Of a stretch of DNA of 61,338 bases, positions 49,916 to 61,338 are shown one piece after another. Within the stretch, counting starts at the first letter, position 1, and every line of letters begins with the position of its first letter. Both the position numbers and the translations under genes were made by a program. The DNA is from Octopus bimaculoides (lineage: Eukaryota). The stretch covers positions 22,736,775 to 22,798,112 of the forward strand of contig NC_068983.1 in assembly GCF_001194135.2 (NCBI RefSeq), given 5' to 3'. Under the pieces are notes generated by a model, which was not told the origin of the DNA, did no database searches, and was given only the letters and a program-made list of their open reading frames with translations.

Positions 49916-50703
49916 NNNNNNNNNNNNNNNNNNNNNNNNNNNNNNNNNNNNNNNNNNNNNNNNNNNNNNNNNNNNNNNNNNNNNNNNNNNNNNNNNNNNN
50001 NNNNNNNNNNNNNNNNNNNNNNNNNNNNNNNNNNNNNNNNNNNNNNNNNNNNNNNNNNNNNNNNNNNNNNNNNNNNNNNNNNNNNNNNNNNNNNNNNNNN
50101 NNNNNNNNNNNNNNNNNNNNNNNNNNNNNNNNNNNNNNNNNNNNNNNNNNNNNNNNNNNNNNNNNNNNNNNNNNNNNNNNNNNNNNNNNNNNNNNNNNNN
50201 NNNNNNNNNNNNNNNNNNNNNNNNNNNNNNNNNNNNNNNATGGCCTTTTATGTGTGTGTTGTGTGTGACGTGTGGGTGAGTCAGATTTTGTCATAGTGTT
50301 TATGTTCTATATATATCAGTGAGTAGGTCACGTTGTGTGTATGATCTTTATGTAAGGTGGGCATATGTTGCTATGTCGTTGAGGGCGTTGGTGCAGCTTA
50401 TGGTTACTGTTGTATTATGGCGTATGACCCAACACGTCTATCTGTTTATCTGCCATCTCTCTGTCTGTCTGTTTGTTTGGCTGTCAGTCTGTTTCAATGT
50501 CCGACCCTCTGGTTAACAGTCCATCTTTTTATATCTATGTTATAGCCTTTTTTCCTCTTTCTTCGCTACCCCGTCTTACTTAACACATACTATGTATGCC
50601 ATCCACCTATTTATGCGAATGTCCGTGTTATGTACATACACGGATATAAACGTATGTGGAAGAGTATGTGAAATATATATATGTGTGTGTGTGTTTGTGT
50701 TTG

Positions 50704-50762
<59 letters not shown>

Positions 50763-50789
50763 TAAAAAAAACACAAAAAACAATAACAA

Positions 50790-51020
50790 AAAAAAAACAA
50801 CAAAGTGAGGACGTGATACGGATAGTGTTATTGGACGCTCGGGAAAGGAAAGAGAAGTTCAAATTTATAGAAAAACAAAGACGAAGACAGATGTAAGAAC
50901 AACAAGCAAGTATATTAGTTTGACGCTCAGGAAGAATGGAAGAGTTTTTTACATTTCGAGCCTACGCTCTTCGACAGAAAGGAATATGAGAAAAAATGGA
51001 GAGAGAATGAAAAAAAAAGC
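50790..51020 (-). mobile_element. Penelope-like pseudo-LTR with hammerhead-like motif (50946-50982)
   Basis: Minus strand: CCTTT-CTGTCGA-A-GAGC-gtag-GCTC-GAAATGTA-AAA. Perfect stem II and minimal stem III, but U at core position 6. Confidence 0.5.
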
Positions 51021-51221
51021 ATGCTGATTGAACTTCCTACCCTCTTGGACTTGCATATCTTAACTACTTCCAGACCTTTTAACACTTCTCCTCATCCACA
51101 TACCACCACTCCACCCGGATTACCACTGGATTTTCGTACTTGTTTGGATTCTATCTTCACGGATCTCACTGGCTATTTTCGTTGATAAAACATACATAAA
51201 TGCCTACATACATACATACAT

Positions 51222-51505
51222 AAAAGAGCACTCCGTCGATTACGACGACGAGGGTCCCAGCTGATACGATCAACAGAACAGCTTGCTCGTGAAATTAACG
51301 TGCAAGTGACTGAGCAATCCACAGACATGTGTACCCATAACGTAGTTCTCAGAGAGATTCAGCGTGACACAGTGTGACAAGGCCGGCCCTTTGAAATACA
51401 GGTACTACTCATTTTTGCCAGCTGAGTGGACTGGAGCAACGTGAAAATAAAGTGTCTTGCTCAAGGACACAACGCGTCGCCGGGAATCGAACTCACGACC
51501 TTACG
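51222..51505 (-). mobile_element. Mosaic SINE: CORE-type head/body with family 3 tail
   Basis: 51390-51505 matches the body of 45980-46208, and 51222-51405 matches the tail of 49603-49915. Confidence 0.8.
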
Positions 51506-51709
51506 AAAGACCACTCAATATGTTTAATAGAATTTATTATACTTTATATATATATATAAATCGTCGCAATCGCATTGCTTAAAGTTTCATGTGTTTTTCT
51601 CATTCAGGTAAAACATTAAGTAATGCGATTCCAAGTCAATCTCTTAAAATACATGTATATATGTGCATGAATGAACTGAAGAAATACAGATAACCTACAT
51701 TACGTCATA

Positions 51710-52229
51710 TGGGAATTCCGGCGCCCTTGACGGACGAATTTCGTCTGTTATGATCTATGTGTGTGCTTTTATGCATCAAGCGCCTATATGAGAGGATCTC
51801 TAAAGGCTAATAACGCAGTATTCGGTGTACTAGCAAAATATCCATGTTAAGTTGGATATAAAGATCATCTTCTGGCATTAACATTGCTTCCGTCACTGAT
51901 AATTAATGTCTAATAAGCCTGCTGGCTATTTACGACATCAGCGTCTAAAAAGAACTTGATATTCTATATATTATGGCAGCGAAATCTAACTGGCATGCAG
52001 TGATCGGTGCTTCCCACTGACGAGGTCCAATAGAACGAAATCACGGGGAATGGGAATTCCGGCGACCATGACAAACGACTTTCGTCTGCTATGATCTCTG
52101 TGTGTGCTTTTATGCACCAAGTGCCTAAAAGAGGTCTCTTAAGGTTAATAACGCAGTATTCGGTGTTCTAGTAAGGCATCCATGTTAAGTTGGATATAAA
52201 GATTACCTTTTGGTATTAATACTGCTTCC
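51710..52229 (+). repeat. 341-bp tandem unit (1 full plus ~0.5 copy), retrozyme-like
   Basis: Units start at TGGGAATTCCGGCG (51710 and 52051). The copies are colinear and moderately diverged through TGCTTCC (~52229). Confidence 0.9.
52006..52066 (+). ncRNA. Type I hammerhead ribozyme (this copy probably mutated)
   Basis: TTCCCA-CTGACGA-GGTC-caata-GAAC-GAAA-TCACGGGGAA-TGGGAA. Perfect 6-bp stem I, intact CUGACGA/GAAA core, stem II with one mismatch and a CAAUA loop. U16.1 appears to be A. Confidence 0.7.
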
Positions 52230-52242
52230 ATAGCTGCTGCTG

Positions 52243-52298
<56 letters not shown>

Positions 52299-52299
<1 letters not shown>

Positions 52300-52442
52300 G
52301 GAGACCCCCTTCAGTCACAAATGATCATGGGATTGCACCTAGAAAGTTACCCTCCGAGGCACAAGTCCAGGCAAGGTTGTTTATGGAAGACCAGCAGTCG
52401 CCCATGCATACCGGCCTCCCCTCTCCATGCCACCAATGTTAT
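52299..52442 (-). mobile_element. SINE tail (same family as 19250-19472)
   Basis: Reverse complement of the 19330-19472 tail. It runs into a gap. Confidence 0.75.
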
Positions 52443-52783
52443 NNNNNNNNNNNNNNNNNNNNNNNNNNNNNNNNNNNNNNNNNNNNNNNNNNNNNNNNNN
52501 NNNNNNNNNNNNNNNNNNNNNNNNNNNNNNNNNNNNNNNNNNNNNNNNNNNNNNNNNNNNNNNNNNNNNNNNNNNNNNNNNNNNNNNNNNNNNNNNNNNN
52601 NNNNNNNNNNNNNNNNNNNNNNNNNNNNNNNNNNNNNNNNNNNNNNNNNNNNNNNNNNNNNNNNNNNNNNNNNNNNNNNNNNNNNNNNNNNNNNNNNNNN
52701 NNNNNNNNNNNNNNNNNNNNNNNNNNNNNNNNNNNNNNNNNNNNNNNNNNNNNNNNNNNNNNNNNNNNNNNNNNNNNNNNNNN

Positions 52784-52886
<103 letters not shown>

Positions 52887-53510
52887 GATGATGATGATGA
52901 TGATAATAATAATATTTCCGTAATTGTGAATAACAATATTTTTCCGCTTGCAATTTTATTGATGAAGCATGTCCAAAATGCCTGTTGAAACAAAATCATT
53001 GGTTAAAACAGAATTTGGTCGTGTAAAATACTTAGCAAATAAATCTACAGATGCTGTAAGTGAGTAAAAATAAGCAACAGTCATTTGGAGTATTGACTGA
53101 TGTACGTTATATCTACTAATGGAATCTAAATAAAACTAAAAAGTGGGAACGTTGTAACATATATCTTCAAAAAGCCTGTAGTGGATCCGCCGGATTCTGA
53201 TTTTTCTTGTATCCGTCCGTTTTGTTAGCTTTATTCCCCGCTATTTTTTTGTTTTTTGTTTTGTTCTCGAAACAAATATATATTAAATTGAAGCAAAATC
53301 CATAATACTTCCTTTGTTTTTTCAGTCCTACTGAAGACAGGTTACACGCAGCTTGGCTTGATGCGGTTTTCACTGCAAGAAACATGTATTTGCCGAACGT
53401 GCCGGGAATCTTGTCAAGTTAATATTCGCCACATAACTGAATTGATTTCAGAAACAATATTTTTTTCTTGTGTTATCTAGACTTCTGTAAGGCGACATTT
53501 TATATACATA

Positions 53511-54590
53511 TATTAGGACGGAGATAAAGTTTCATTGCATTTTAAGATGAGAAAGAAACAAATTCTTCTTTAGTCCAAGTTAATATATTTAATCAAAATA
53601 TTATTTCCCCTTGTTATTGATAATTTAATCCCATCTGCTTGACAAATCGTTAATCCCTCGAGCGTAAAATACTTCAGGTTTCAAAGCAAAGACATTCTTA
53701 GTATCATTTTTAACCCCTTCTCTACTAATTGATAAATTGTTTTACCTTCTAAATAATGATACAAAGATCTAAAAAGATGATAGTTAATGGAGCAAGGTCA
53801 GGAGAATAAGGAGGATAAGGCAAAACTTTCGAGGCATAATCCTTTCCTGACTCGAGTAATGTACGGTCTTGCATTATCGTGTAAGGACAACACCTCTTTT
53901 TGATTGACCAATGATGGGTGCTTTTCTGCAAATTTTCGTGCAATGCTTCCAGTTGATCACAATACTTCTCTGCATTAACTGTTTCGTTTTGGCTTAACAA
54001 TTCATGATAGACAACACCCTTCATATCTCACCAAACACAGAGCATAACTTTTTTTCGGGTCGTGTTCTCCTGGTTGGGGAATTGATTTTTCGTTTTCGTT
54101 CGATGCTAAACATTGTCGTTTTCGTTGGATATGATATAGAGAATCCACTTCTCATCACTTGTGGTGATTCTACCCAAGAAACGTTTGACATCAAGTCTAC
54201 ATTTCAATGATGAGCGGTAAACAAATCCTTGCTTAAGCTGAGAAGTAGTCAGATAGTCAAATGACCAGGGACCCACTTAACAAGTTTAAATATTTTCCTT
54301 TGATCATGAAAGTGACTTGAATTGAACTGTTTCGCTAATTCGTACGCAGTTTGCATTGGATTTTCCCCTGTTACGGTTTTCCGGAGTTCAATATTGACAA
54401 CTTGGTCGTCCAGATCGAAAGGAATTTGTGAGAGAAAATTTCCTGAGTGAAATTGGTCAAGCCGTCGTTGGCATGTCCAGACACTTAAAACTTCATTTCC
54501 ATAAACAGAACGAATATTTCTTGCCGCTTCCATTGCTAAAGAACTCCTAGCATGCAAGTGTCTGAAATGGGTCTGACCTAAACTCATTTT
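53511..54590 (-). mobile_element. Mariner (DD34D) transposon relic
   Basis: EAARNIRSVYG (HTH), KWVPGHL (WVPHEL motif), ITTSDEKWILY, VYHELL, PYPPYSPDLAP and C-terminal FYARGINDLSSRW. Mariner-like terminus TATTAGG at 53511. Multiple frameshifts. Confidence 0.9.
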
Positions 54591-54659
54591 AAAAGGGTAA
54601 AATCTACGAATTTAATCTACAAAGAAAAAACAGTAGAAATATTTTTTTAAATATTTATT

Positions 54660-54866
54660 TCACCCTCAATATTGGTTTCAAATTTCGGGAGTGAGGGTAA
54701 GTCGATTACATCAGCTCTAGCGCTCGATTGGCACTTATTTTGTCCATTCTGAAAGGATGAAAAGCAAAGTCGGCCGCGGCGGAATTCGAACTCAGAATGT
54801 AAAGACGGAAGAAATGCCGCTAAGCATTTTGCCCGGCATGCTAACAATTCTGCCAGCTTGCCTCCT
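54660..54866 (-). mobile_element. Family 1 Deu/Nin-type SINE
   Basis: Homologous to 161-365. Confidence 0.82.
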
Positions 54867-56599
54867 TTTTTACCTTAAATATTGAAAACGTCCCCTTTAA
54901 GTGATCATATCAAAAACTGGACAAGACTTTCTTTCCAGCCAAGTATATTGGTTAAGTCAACGTACGAATTCATATATCGTTTTATGAAAGTTAAAAAACC
55001 CAGTGAGTCTTCGGACGATAGAAGTTCACCAACCTTCCACAAAGACACTTTGTACTCATTCCTTGCACTTAACTACGTTCACTGCTATTTCTAGTGGTTT
55101 CTTCGTGTATTATTTATCGGTTGGGATGGAGACAGTCTTCGTAGAATAGACTACATTGTATACAGCCATACCTGACCATGGAAAGTGCTCGAGAATGCTG
55201 TGGAATATCACCAACTATATGAGGTGGAATCTGATATGATTCTGTTCAGCGTATGAGTGTAATATGCTGCAAGTAAATTCATGTGGACAAAAACAAAGTA
55301 CTTAAAGTCAATATAGAGTGATATATGTGTGCGTGTGCACGCATAATAATATAAAGATACATACGCATGTACACACATATATAACATACATGTATGTACA
55401 CACATACACACACACCGTTGCTATAATTGAAAACCTGTTCAATCTTCGGATAACATATGACCAAGGGCCTTTCATAAGGACTCTCTGACAACGGCAACGC
55501 CATAAGGGACCAACGAAGTCTCTTCGTGATTGCGCGATTTTATTAGAAATAGCAGCTAAATCCCCTAAGTTACATTGTACTGTTTTTAAAAATTAACACC
55601 ACATTTGTCTGTATCAATATACAAAAGATAGACAGAATAGCAACTGGTGGGACACTTTTGAAGTGTTGGTTGTTAGCTCAGGGCTAAACAGCACCAACCA
55701 CCACCACCACCATCACCACCACCACCGACAACAACAGCAACAACAACAACAACAACAACACTACTACTACTACTAGCAAACGAGGGTTCTTCTACATGGT
55801 TGTATGAACTGCAAGAAAAAGCAGCAACAGCTCCTTAGTGTCTTAAATGGACACGCTGGATAATGCAAAGCAGGATTCCTATCACATAGGAAAGACTAGA
55901 CGGTCATGGGTGGATGTGCCTTTGATCATAGGGATGAAAGCAACAACCATTTGCACTTTCACCACCACCACTACCATTACCACACCATCACTACTACTAT
56001 TACCACTTCTACGACTTCATCTTGAAGTTTAGTTGTAGTTTTGTTACTTTGATGTTTTTTAAAATTATCTTTTCAAGCTGCACCAGCAGCCGCAGTAATA
56101 ATAGTAGTAGTAGTAGTGGCAACAGCAGTAGTAGTAATAGCAGCATTAACTGCAGTCACGTTTAGGACCTTCAAACGGAACCCAGTATTAGATATTTATA
56201 CACGTGACATACATCCTTTCCCATAATTGACCGCTTAACCTCAATACACGCAACAGCAGCCGTCCTAGTCATAGTAAGTAATAAGACCTACCATGCATAT
56301 TCACTCAATGTTTTCCTTGTGTCTTTCCAACGTTTTCGTCACAGTTACTGCTTACTGTTTCACCGCCGCGGCAGCCATATTACTACAGCGACGATGCCGA
56401 CGTCTGACTTTGACAACCACCACCACCACCACCACCACCGTTATCATCATCATCATCATCGTCATTTCCTTCCAAAGCCACTGTTTTCTTTTCTTTTCTT
56501 ACCTTGACTTTGACTTTTGCATTTGAGTTTGGGTGAATCGGTTGTTTGGACAGTCGGCAGTCGGAGAGGAAATGAACTGATTAACCATGACAATTGATT

Positions 56600-56748
56600 A
56601 TCAACAAAGCAGCAGCAGCAGCAGCGACAGCAACAACAATATTGCTGTTCATAGCGCTGTTGCTGCTTCTGCTTCTAATACTAATGACATTTGCAACTTC
56701 GATGACGACGACGACGACGACGATAACCACCATCACCACCGCATGCAT

Positions 56749-56802
<54 letters not shown>

Positions 56803-57235
56803 CACCACCACTACTACTACTACTACTACCACCACCACCACCACCACCACCACCACTACTACTACTNNNNNNNNNNNNNNNNNNNNNNNNNNNNNNNNNN
56901 NNNNNNNNNNNNNNNNNNNNNNNNNNNNNNNNNNNNNNNNNNNNNNNNNNNNNNNNNNNNNNNNNNNNNNNNNNNNNNNNNNNNNNNNNNNNNNNNNNNN
57001 NNNNNNNNNNNNNNNNNNNNNNNNNNNNNNNNNNNNNNNNNNNNNNNNNNNNNNNNNNNNNNNNNNNNNNNNNNNNNNNNNNNNNNNNNNNNNNNNNNNN
57101 NNNNNNNNNACTACTACTACCACTACTACTACCTCCACCACCACCACCACTACTACCACCATCACCACCACCACCACCACCACTACTACTACTACTACTA
57201 CTGGTGGTGGTGGTGGTGGTGGTGGTGGTGGTGTT
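56600..57235. repeat. Compound trinucleotide array (AGC/GAC/TAC/CAC then TGG)
   Basis: Direct reading. It explains the poly-T/H/Y/V ORFs. Confidence 0.95.
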
Positions 57236-57455
57236 TTTGTCATCACTTCAAGACCACCAATTCCGTAAAAAAAATGTTGCAGCACGGACCGCAGTATTTG
57301 ACTGGTACTTTACGTTACCGAGATTCTGAAAGTATAAAAGGCAAAATTGACCTTGGTGTGATTTGAACGCAGAACGAACGGGGAGAGGTGTAATTAAAAA
57401 ACCACTGTTCGCATTCTGTCATTGTACCGCCCTAAATTATTACAACTAATATTTC

Positions 57456-58066
57456 TTTCTACTACTATAGGCACGAGGCCTGAAATTTTGGGACAGGGGT
57501 CTAGTCGATTACATAGACCTCAGTACTCAACTGGTAGTTTTTTTTTTTATCGACCTGAAAGAATGAACGGAAAAGTCGACTTCGGCGGAATTTGAACTCA
57601 GAATGTGAAATGGTACCAGACATTTTGTTCGANNNNNNNNNNNNNNNNNNNNNNNNNNNNNNNNNNNNNNNNNNNNNNNNNNNNNNNNNNNNNNNNNNNN
57701 NNNNNNNNNNATCGACCCTGAAAGGATGAAAGGCAAAGTCGACCTCGGCGGAATTTGAACTTAGAACGTAAAGACAGACGAAATACCGCTAAGCATTTCG
57801 CTCGACGTGCTAACGAGTCTGCTAGCTCGCCGTCTTCACGCCTATACCTAATAGTAGCAATATTCTGTTAACATTGGTTTCAAATTTTGGTACAAGACCA
57901 AAAGTTTCGGGAGAGAGGTCAAGTCGATGTAGGCTCAACTGGTACTTATTTTATCGAGCTAGAAAAAGGACGAAAGGCAAACTCGACCTCGGTGGGATTT
58001 GAACTCAGAACGTAACGATAAGCATTTAGCCTGGCGTGCAAACGATTCTGCCAGCTCATCGTCTTC
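57456..58066 (-). mobile_element. Cluster of three same-orientation family 1 SINEs
   Basis: Copies at ~57456-57631, 57711-57835 and 57869-58066. A small gap lies between the first two. Confidence 0.75.
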
Positions 58067-58084
58067 TGACAAAAAAAAAGTATG

Positions 58085-58380
58085 TAATATCGCAAATGCT
58101 ATGGATAGCACTGAAGACAAGTTGTTGTATGAGACTGACAGCGATACTGATGATTCATCGTAGGCCTGAACAACCCGTTTCGAGAAGTGGGTCGCATGAG
58201 ACATTGCTCATCATCAAGCGGGCCGCATTACTAAGAAATTCAAGGTAATTTTTGGTTAGGCATGCTATTCAGAGTCCCGTAGGCAGCAGCTTTAACCATG
58301 ATCGATTTAGAGCTTGTGATGAATTCAGCAATGATGAGTTCTCAGGGTTTGAAAATGAATCGAACGCTTTTGATTGTTTT
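58085..58380 (+). mobile_element. Possible C-terminus of a pogo/Tigger-type transposase
   Basis: IANAMDSTEDKLLYETDSDTDDSS and DEFSNDEFSGFE resemble the acidic tail of pogo DDE_1 transposases. No catalytic core is visible. Confidence 0.35.
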
Positions 58381-59277
58381 ACTGGAAATAAGGTTTTTAA
58401 AGATTTACAGTGTTTTTTTTTTTTTGTAATTTTTATTGTTTTCCTTACTTAAAATTTTAACTTTCANNNNNNNNNNNNNNNNNNNNNNNNNNNNNNNNNN
58501 NNNNNNNNNNNNNNNNNNNNNNNNNNNNNNNNNNNNNNNNNNNNNNNNNNNNNNNNNNNNNNNNNNNNNNNNNNNNNNNNNNNNNNNNNNNNNNNNNNNN
58601 NNNNNNNNNNNNNNNNNNNNNNNNNNNNNNNNNNNNNNNNNNNNNNNNNNNNNNNNNNNNNNNNNNNNNNNNNNNNNNNNNNNNNNNNNNNNNNNNNNNN
58701 NNNNNNNNNNNNNNNNNNNNNNNNNNNNNNNNNNNNNNNNNNNNNNNNNNNNNNNNNNNNNNNNNNNNNNNNNNNNNNNNNNNNNNNNNNNNNNNNNNNN
58801 NNNNNNNNNNNNNNNNNNNNNNNNNNNNNNNNNNNNNNNNNNNNNNNNNNNNNNNNNNNNNNNNNNNNNNNNNNNNNNNNNNNNNNNNNNNNNNNNNNNN
58901 NNNNNNNNNNNNNNNNNNNNNNNNNNNNNNNNNNNNNNNNNNNNNNNNNNNNNNNNNNNNNNNNNNNNNNNNNNNNNNNNNNNNNNNNNNNNNNNNNNNN
59001 NNNNNNNNNNNNNNNNNNNNNNNNNNNNNNNNNNNNNNNNNNNNNNNNNNNNNNNNNNNNNNNNNNNNNNNNNNNNNNNNNNNNNNNNNNNNNNNNNNNN
59101 NNNNNNNNNNNNNNNNNNNNNNNNNNNNNNNNNNNNNNNNNNNNNNNNNNNNNNNNNNNNNNNNNNNNNNNNNNNNNNNNNNNNNNNNNNNNNNNNNNNN
59201 NNNNNNNNNNNNNNNNNNNNNNNNNNNNNNNNNNNNNNNNNNNNNNNNNNNNNNNNNNNNNNNNNNNNNNNNNNNNN

Positions 59278-59549
59278 GTGGATAGGTGACCACAAACTGG
59301 CGGGTAGGTGATCACAAACTGGCGGGTAGGTGATCACAAATTGGTGGATAGGTGATCACAAATTGGTGGATAGGTGACCACAAACTGGCGGGTAGGTGAT
59401 CACAAACTGGCGGGTAGGTGATCACAAATTGGCGGGTAAGTGATCACAAATTGGTGAGTAAGTGGGTAGGTGATCACAAATTGGCTGGTAGATAATCTCA
59501 AATTGGCGAGTAGGTGATCACAAATTTGCGGGTAGCTGATCATAAATGG
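59278..59549. repeat. 22-bp minisatellite (GGTAGGTGATCACAAAYTGGCG), about 12 units
   Basis: Direct reading. An identical 66-bp block occurs at 59278 and 59366. The array continues into an upstream gap. Confidence 0.92.
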
Positions 59550-59875
59550 TACGATCTCCCTGATGCATCACATGAATAATCGATCCTTGTGCATAGAGTA
59601 CAAAAGAATAATCGCAGGACAATTAAAATAAAGAGCGTGAGATAGAGTACAAGAATAATACCTGGCATCAAACTACCAGGTAAGTGATCATTGTTAGTTG
59701 ATTTCACTCAACATCGAGTGCCAACACCTCACTGGTTCACCAGCCAATTGTGTCTATGAGACATAATAGGCATTTAGTCTTTGGATGCCGAGCACAGCTC
59801 GATCGTTTTGATGGGGTTTTGGTAAAAATAAAGAATTTGTTTGCTAGAATTACATTTTCTATATCAGAGTGAGTT

Positions 59876-59956
59876 TTGAAGGTACTGTGAATATGAAGGT
59901 ACTGTGAATATGAAGGTACTCTGAAAATGAAGGTACATATGAAGGTACTGTGAATA
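59876..59956. repeat. 17-bp tandem repeat (TGAAGGTACTGTGAATA), about 5 units
   Basis: Direct reading. Confidence 0.85.
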
Positions 59957-59979
59957 AAGATAGAGCAACCCGAGAATAT

Positions 59980-60200
59980 TACACCAGACTTAGGAAAATA
60001 TAGCTGTTGGAACTCTCCTCTTACAACAAAACAATATCCCACGGTGCATTTTCAGTACCAGTGCTGATCCCAACATTTGGGATACTTGATTGGTCTGTAG
60101 AAGAAATCCATTCCATAGATATCAAAACCCGCAAAATCTTGACAACAACTGGGAACTTCCACAGAAACAGTGATATTGGCAGGCTCTACCTAAGAAGAAA
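59980..60200 (+). pseudogene. Internal (post-RT) fragment of an R4/Dong-clade element
   Basis: TRLRKI*LLELSSYNKTISHGAFSVPVLIPTFGILDWSVEEIHSIDIKTRKILTTTGNFHRNSDIGRLYLRRK matches the R4/Dong region just upstream of the RLYLPR-GGRGL motif. Confidence 0.8.
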
Positions 60201-60257
60201 GTATGCGTGTGTGTGTGTGTGTGTNNNNNNNNNNAGGCTCTACCTAAGAAGAAAGTA

Positions 60258-60288
<31 letters not shown>

Positions 60289-61299
60289 ATTATGAATACA
60301 CAAATACATATCTGTTAAGTAACGATCGAGAAAAGTACTCAACACAAACAGGGAGTGCTGTCGTTTACATAGGCCAGTCACGTGACCGGATGCACTAGTT
60401 TCGCGGTATGCTACCAACCATTTCCGTCGTCACCGTTGCTGCCGGCGCCGTAATCGTCGTCTTACCAGAGGTCGGTTCTGATCGAAAATCTTTATGATCA
60501 AATGTGTTCTAGCTATGATCAGCCTCTCATGTTCCCAAACCTAATTTATACAGAACTGTATTATCTTTCATATCTTTCCTATTTGGCTACTATTTCTAGT
60601 GAATCATGCAACCAAATGCATGTTCCCCCATTGGCTTGTACCTTTAAGAGCGTGTAATACATTATCATCTTGAAATATGTACAATTTATGCTCTGGTGAT
60701 GTCAAGTGTTATCAAAATATCACATCCTCTTTTATAATGACCTTATACTTTGATCGACTTCGTTGATAGAAGAAGCAGTTTTTTTTTTACATTATCTGTG
60801 CGTGTGTGTGTGTACCCATAAGATGATAGATGTGATTTCAGAGATTTGGCTGCTATTTATAGCCGATCGAGGGAGCGTGACGAAGCGCTCTCATAGGGTC
60901 GTGAAGAAAGTATTTGACGAACTGTTGATAAGGACAAACTTATGCATGCATACAAGCATGTATGTATGTATGTATGTATGTATGTATGTACGTACGTACG
61001 TATGTATGTATGTATGCGTGTATGTATATATAAATAGACGAATTAGGACGAGCCCTGTAAAAGTATATGAGTGTCTATTTTACACACATACATGCATATA
61101 CATATGGTGTGTGTGTGTGTGTGTATGTACGCGTGTGTGTGTATTCGGCAAACGGAGACCGATAGAATAAGTGCAAGACTTGAAAAATAGTAAGTGCTGG
61201 AATCAATTCGTTCGACTAAAACCCTTTAAGGTAGTAACCTAGTGTGGATAGTCTAATGATTGAAACAAATTAAAGATAAAAGACACACACACACACACG

Positions 61300-61338
<39 letters not shown>

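Noticed and set aside
60180-60290. Tandem duplication AGGCTCTACCTAAGAAGAAAGTATGCG(TG)n
   Set aside because: Identical copies on either side of a 10-N gap are a typical unmerged contig overlap.

Overview
This is an AT-rich, gap-ridden draft eukaryotic scaffold, roughly 15-20% N by eye. The SINE families and microsatellite load strongly suggest an octopus (inference, most likely Octopus bimaculoides). I find no supportable host protein-coding gene, tRNA, rRNA or CRISPR array; nearly all ORFs in the track are microsatellite read-throughs or run across N gaps. The window is a transposon graveyard. It holds many tRNA-derived SINEs (Deu/Nin-, CORE- and V-domain types) and two R4/Dong-clade RLE retrotransposon families, one flanked by (TACA)n and one by (TAA)n. 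It also holds RTE and L1/Tx1 relics, Tigger/pogo, mariner, Tc1-like and Chapaev-like transposase relics, and several MITEs with intact TIRs/TSDs (hAT, piggyBac, mariner, possible Merlin). The most interesting signal is RNA-level. A 341-bp tandem unit at 51710-52229 has its boundary exactly at the predicted cleavage site of a type I hammerhead ribozyme, a non-LTR retrozyme-like architecture. Three further hammerhead-like motifs occur elsewhere. All family assignments come from motif recognition by eye, not database searches, and boundaries are approximate unless a TSD/TIR is quoted.
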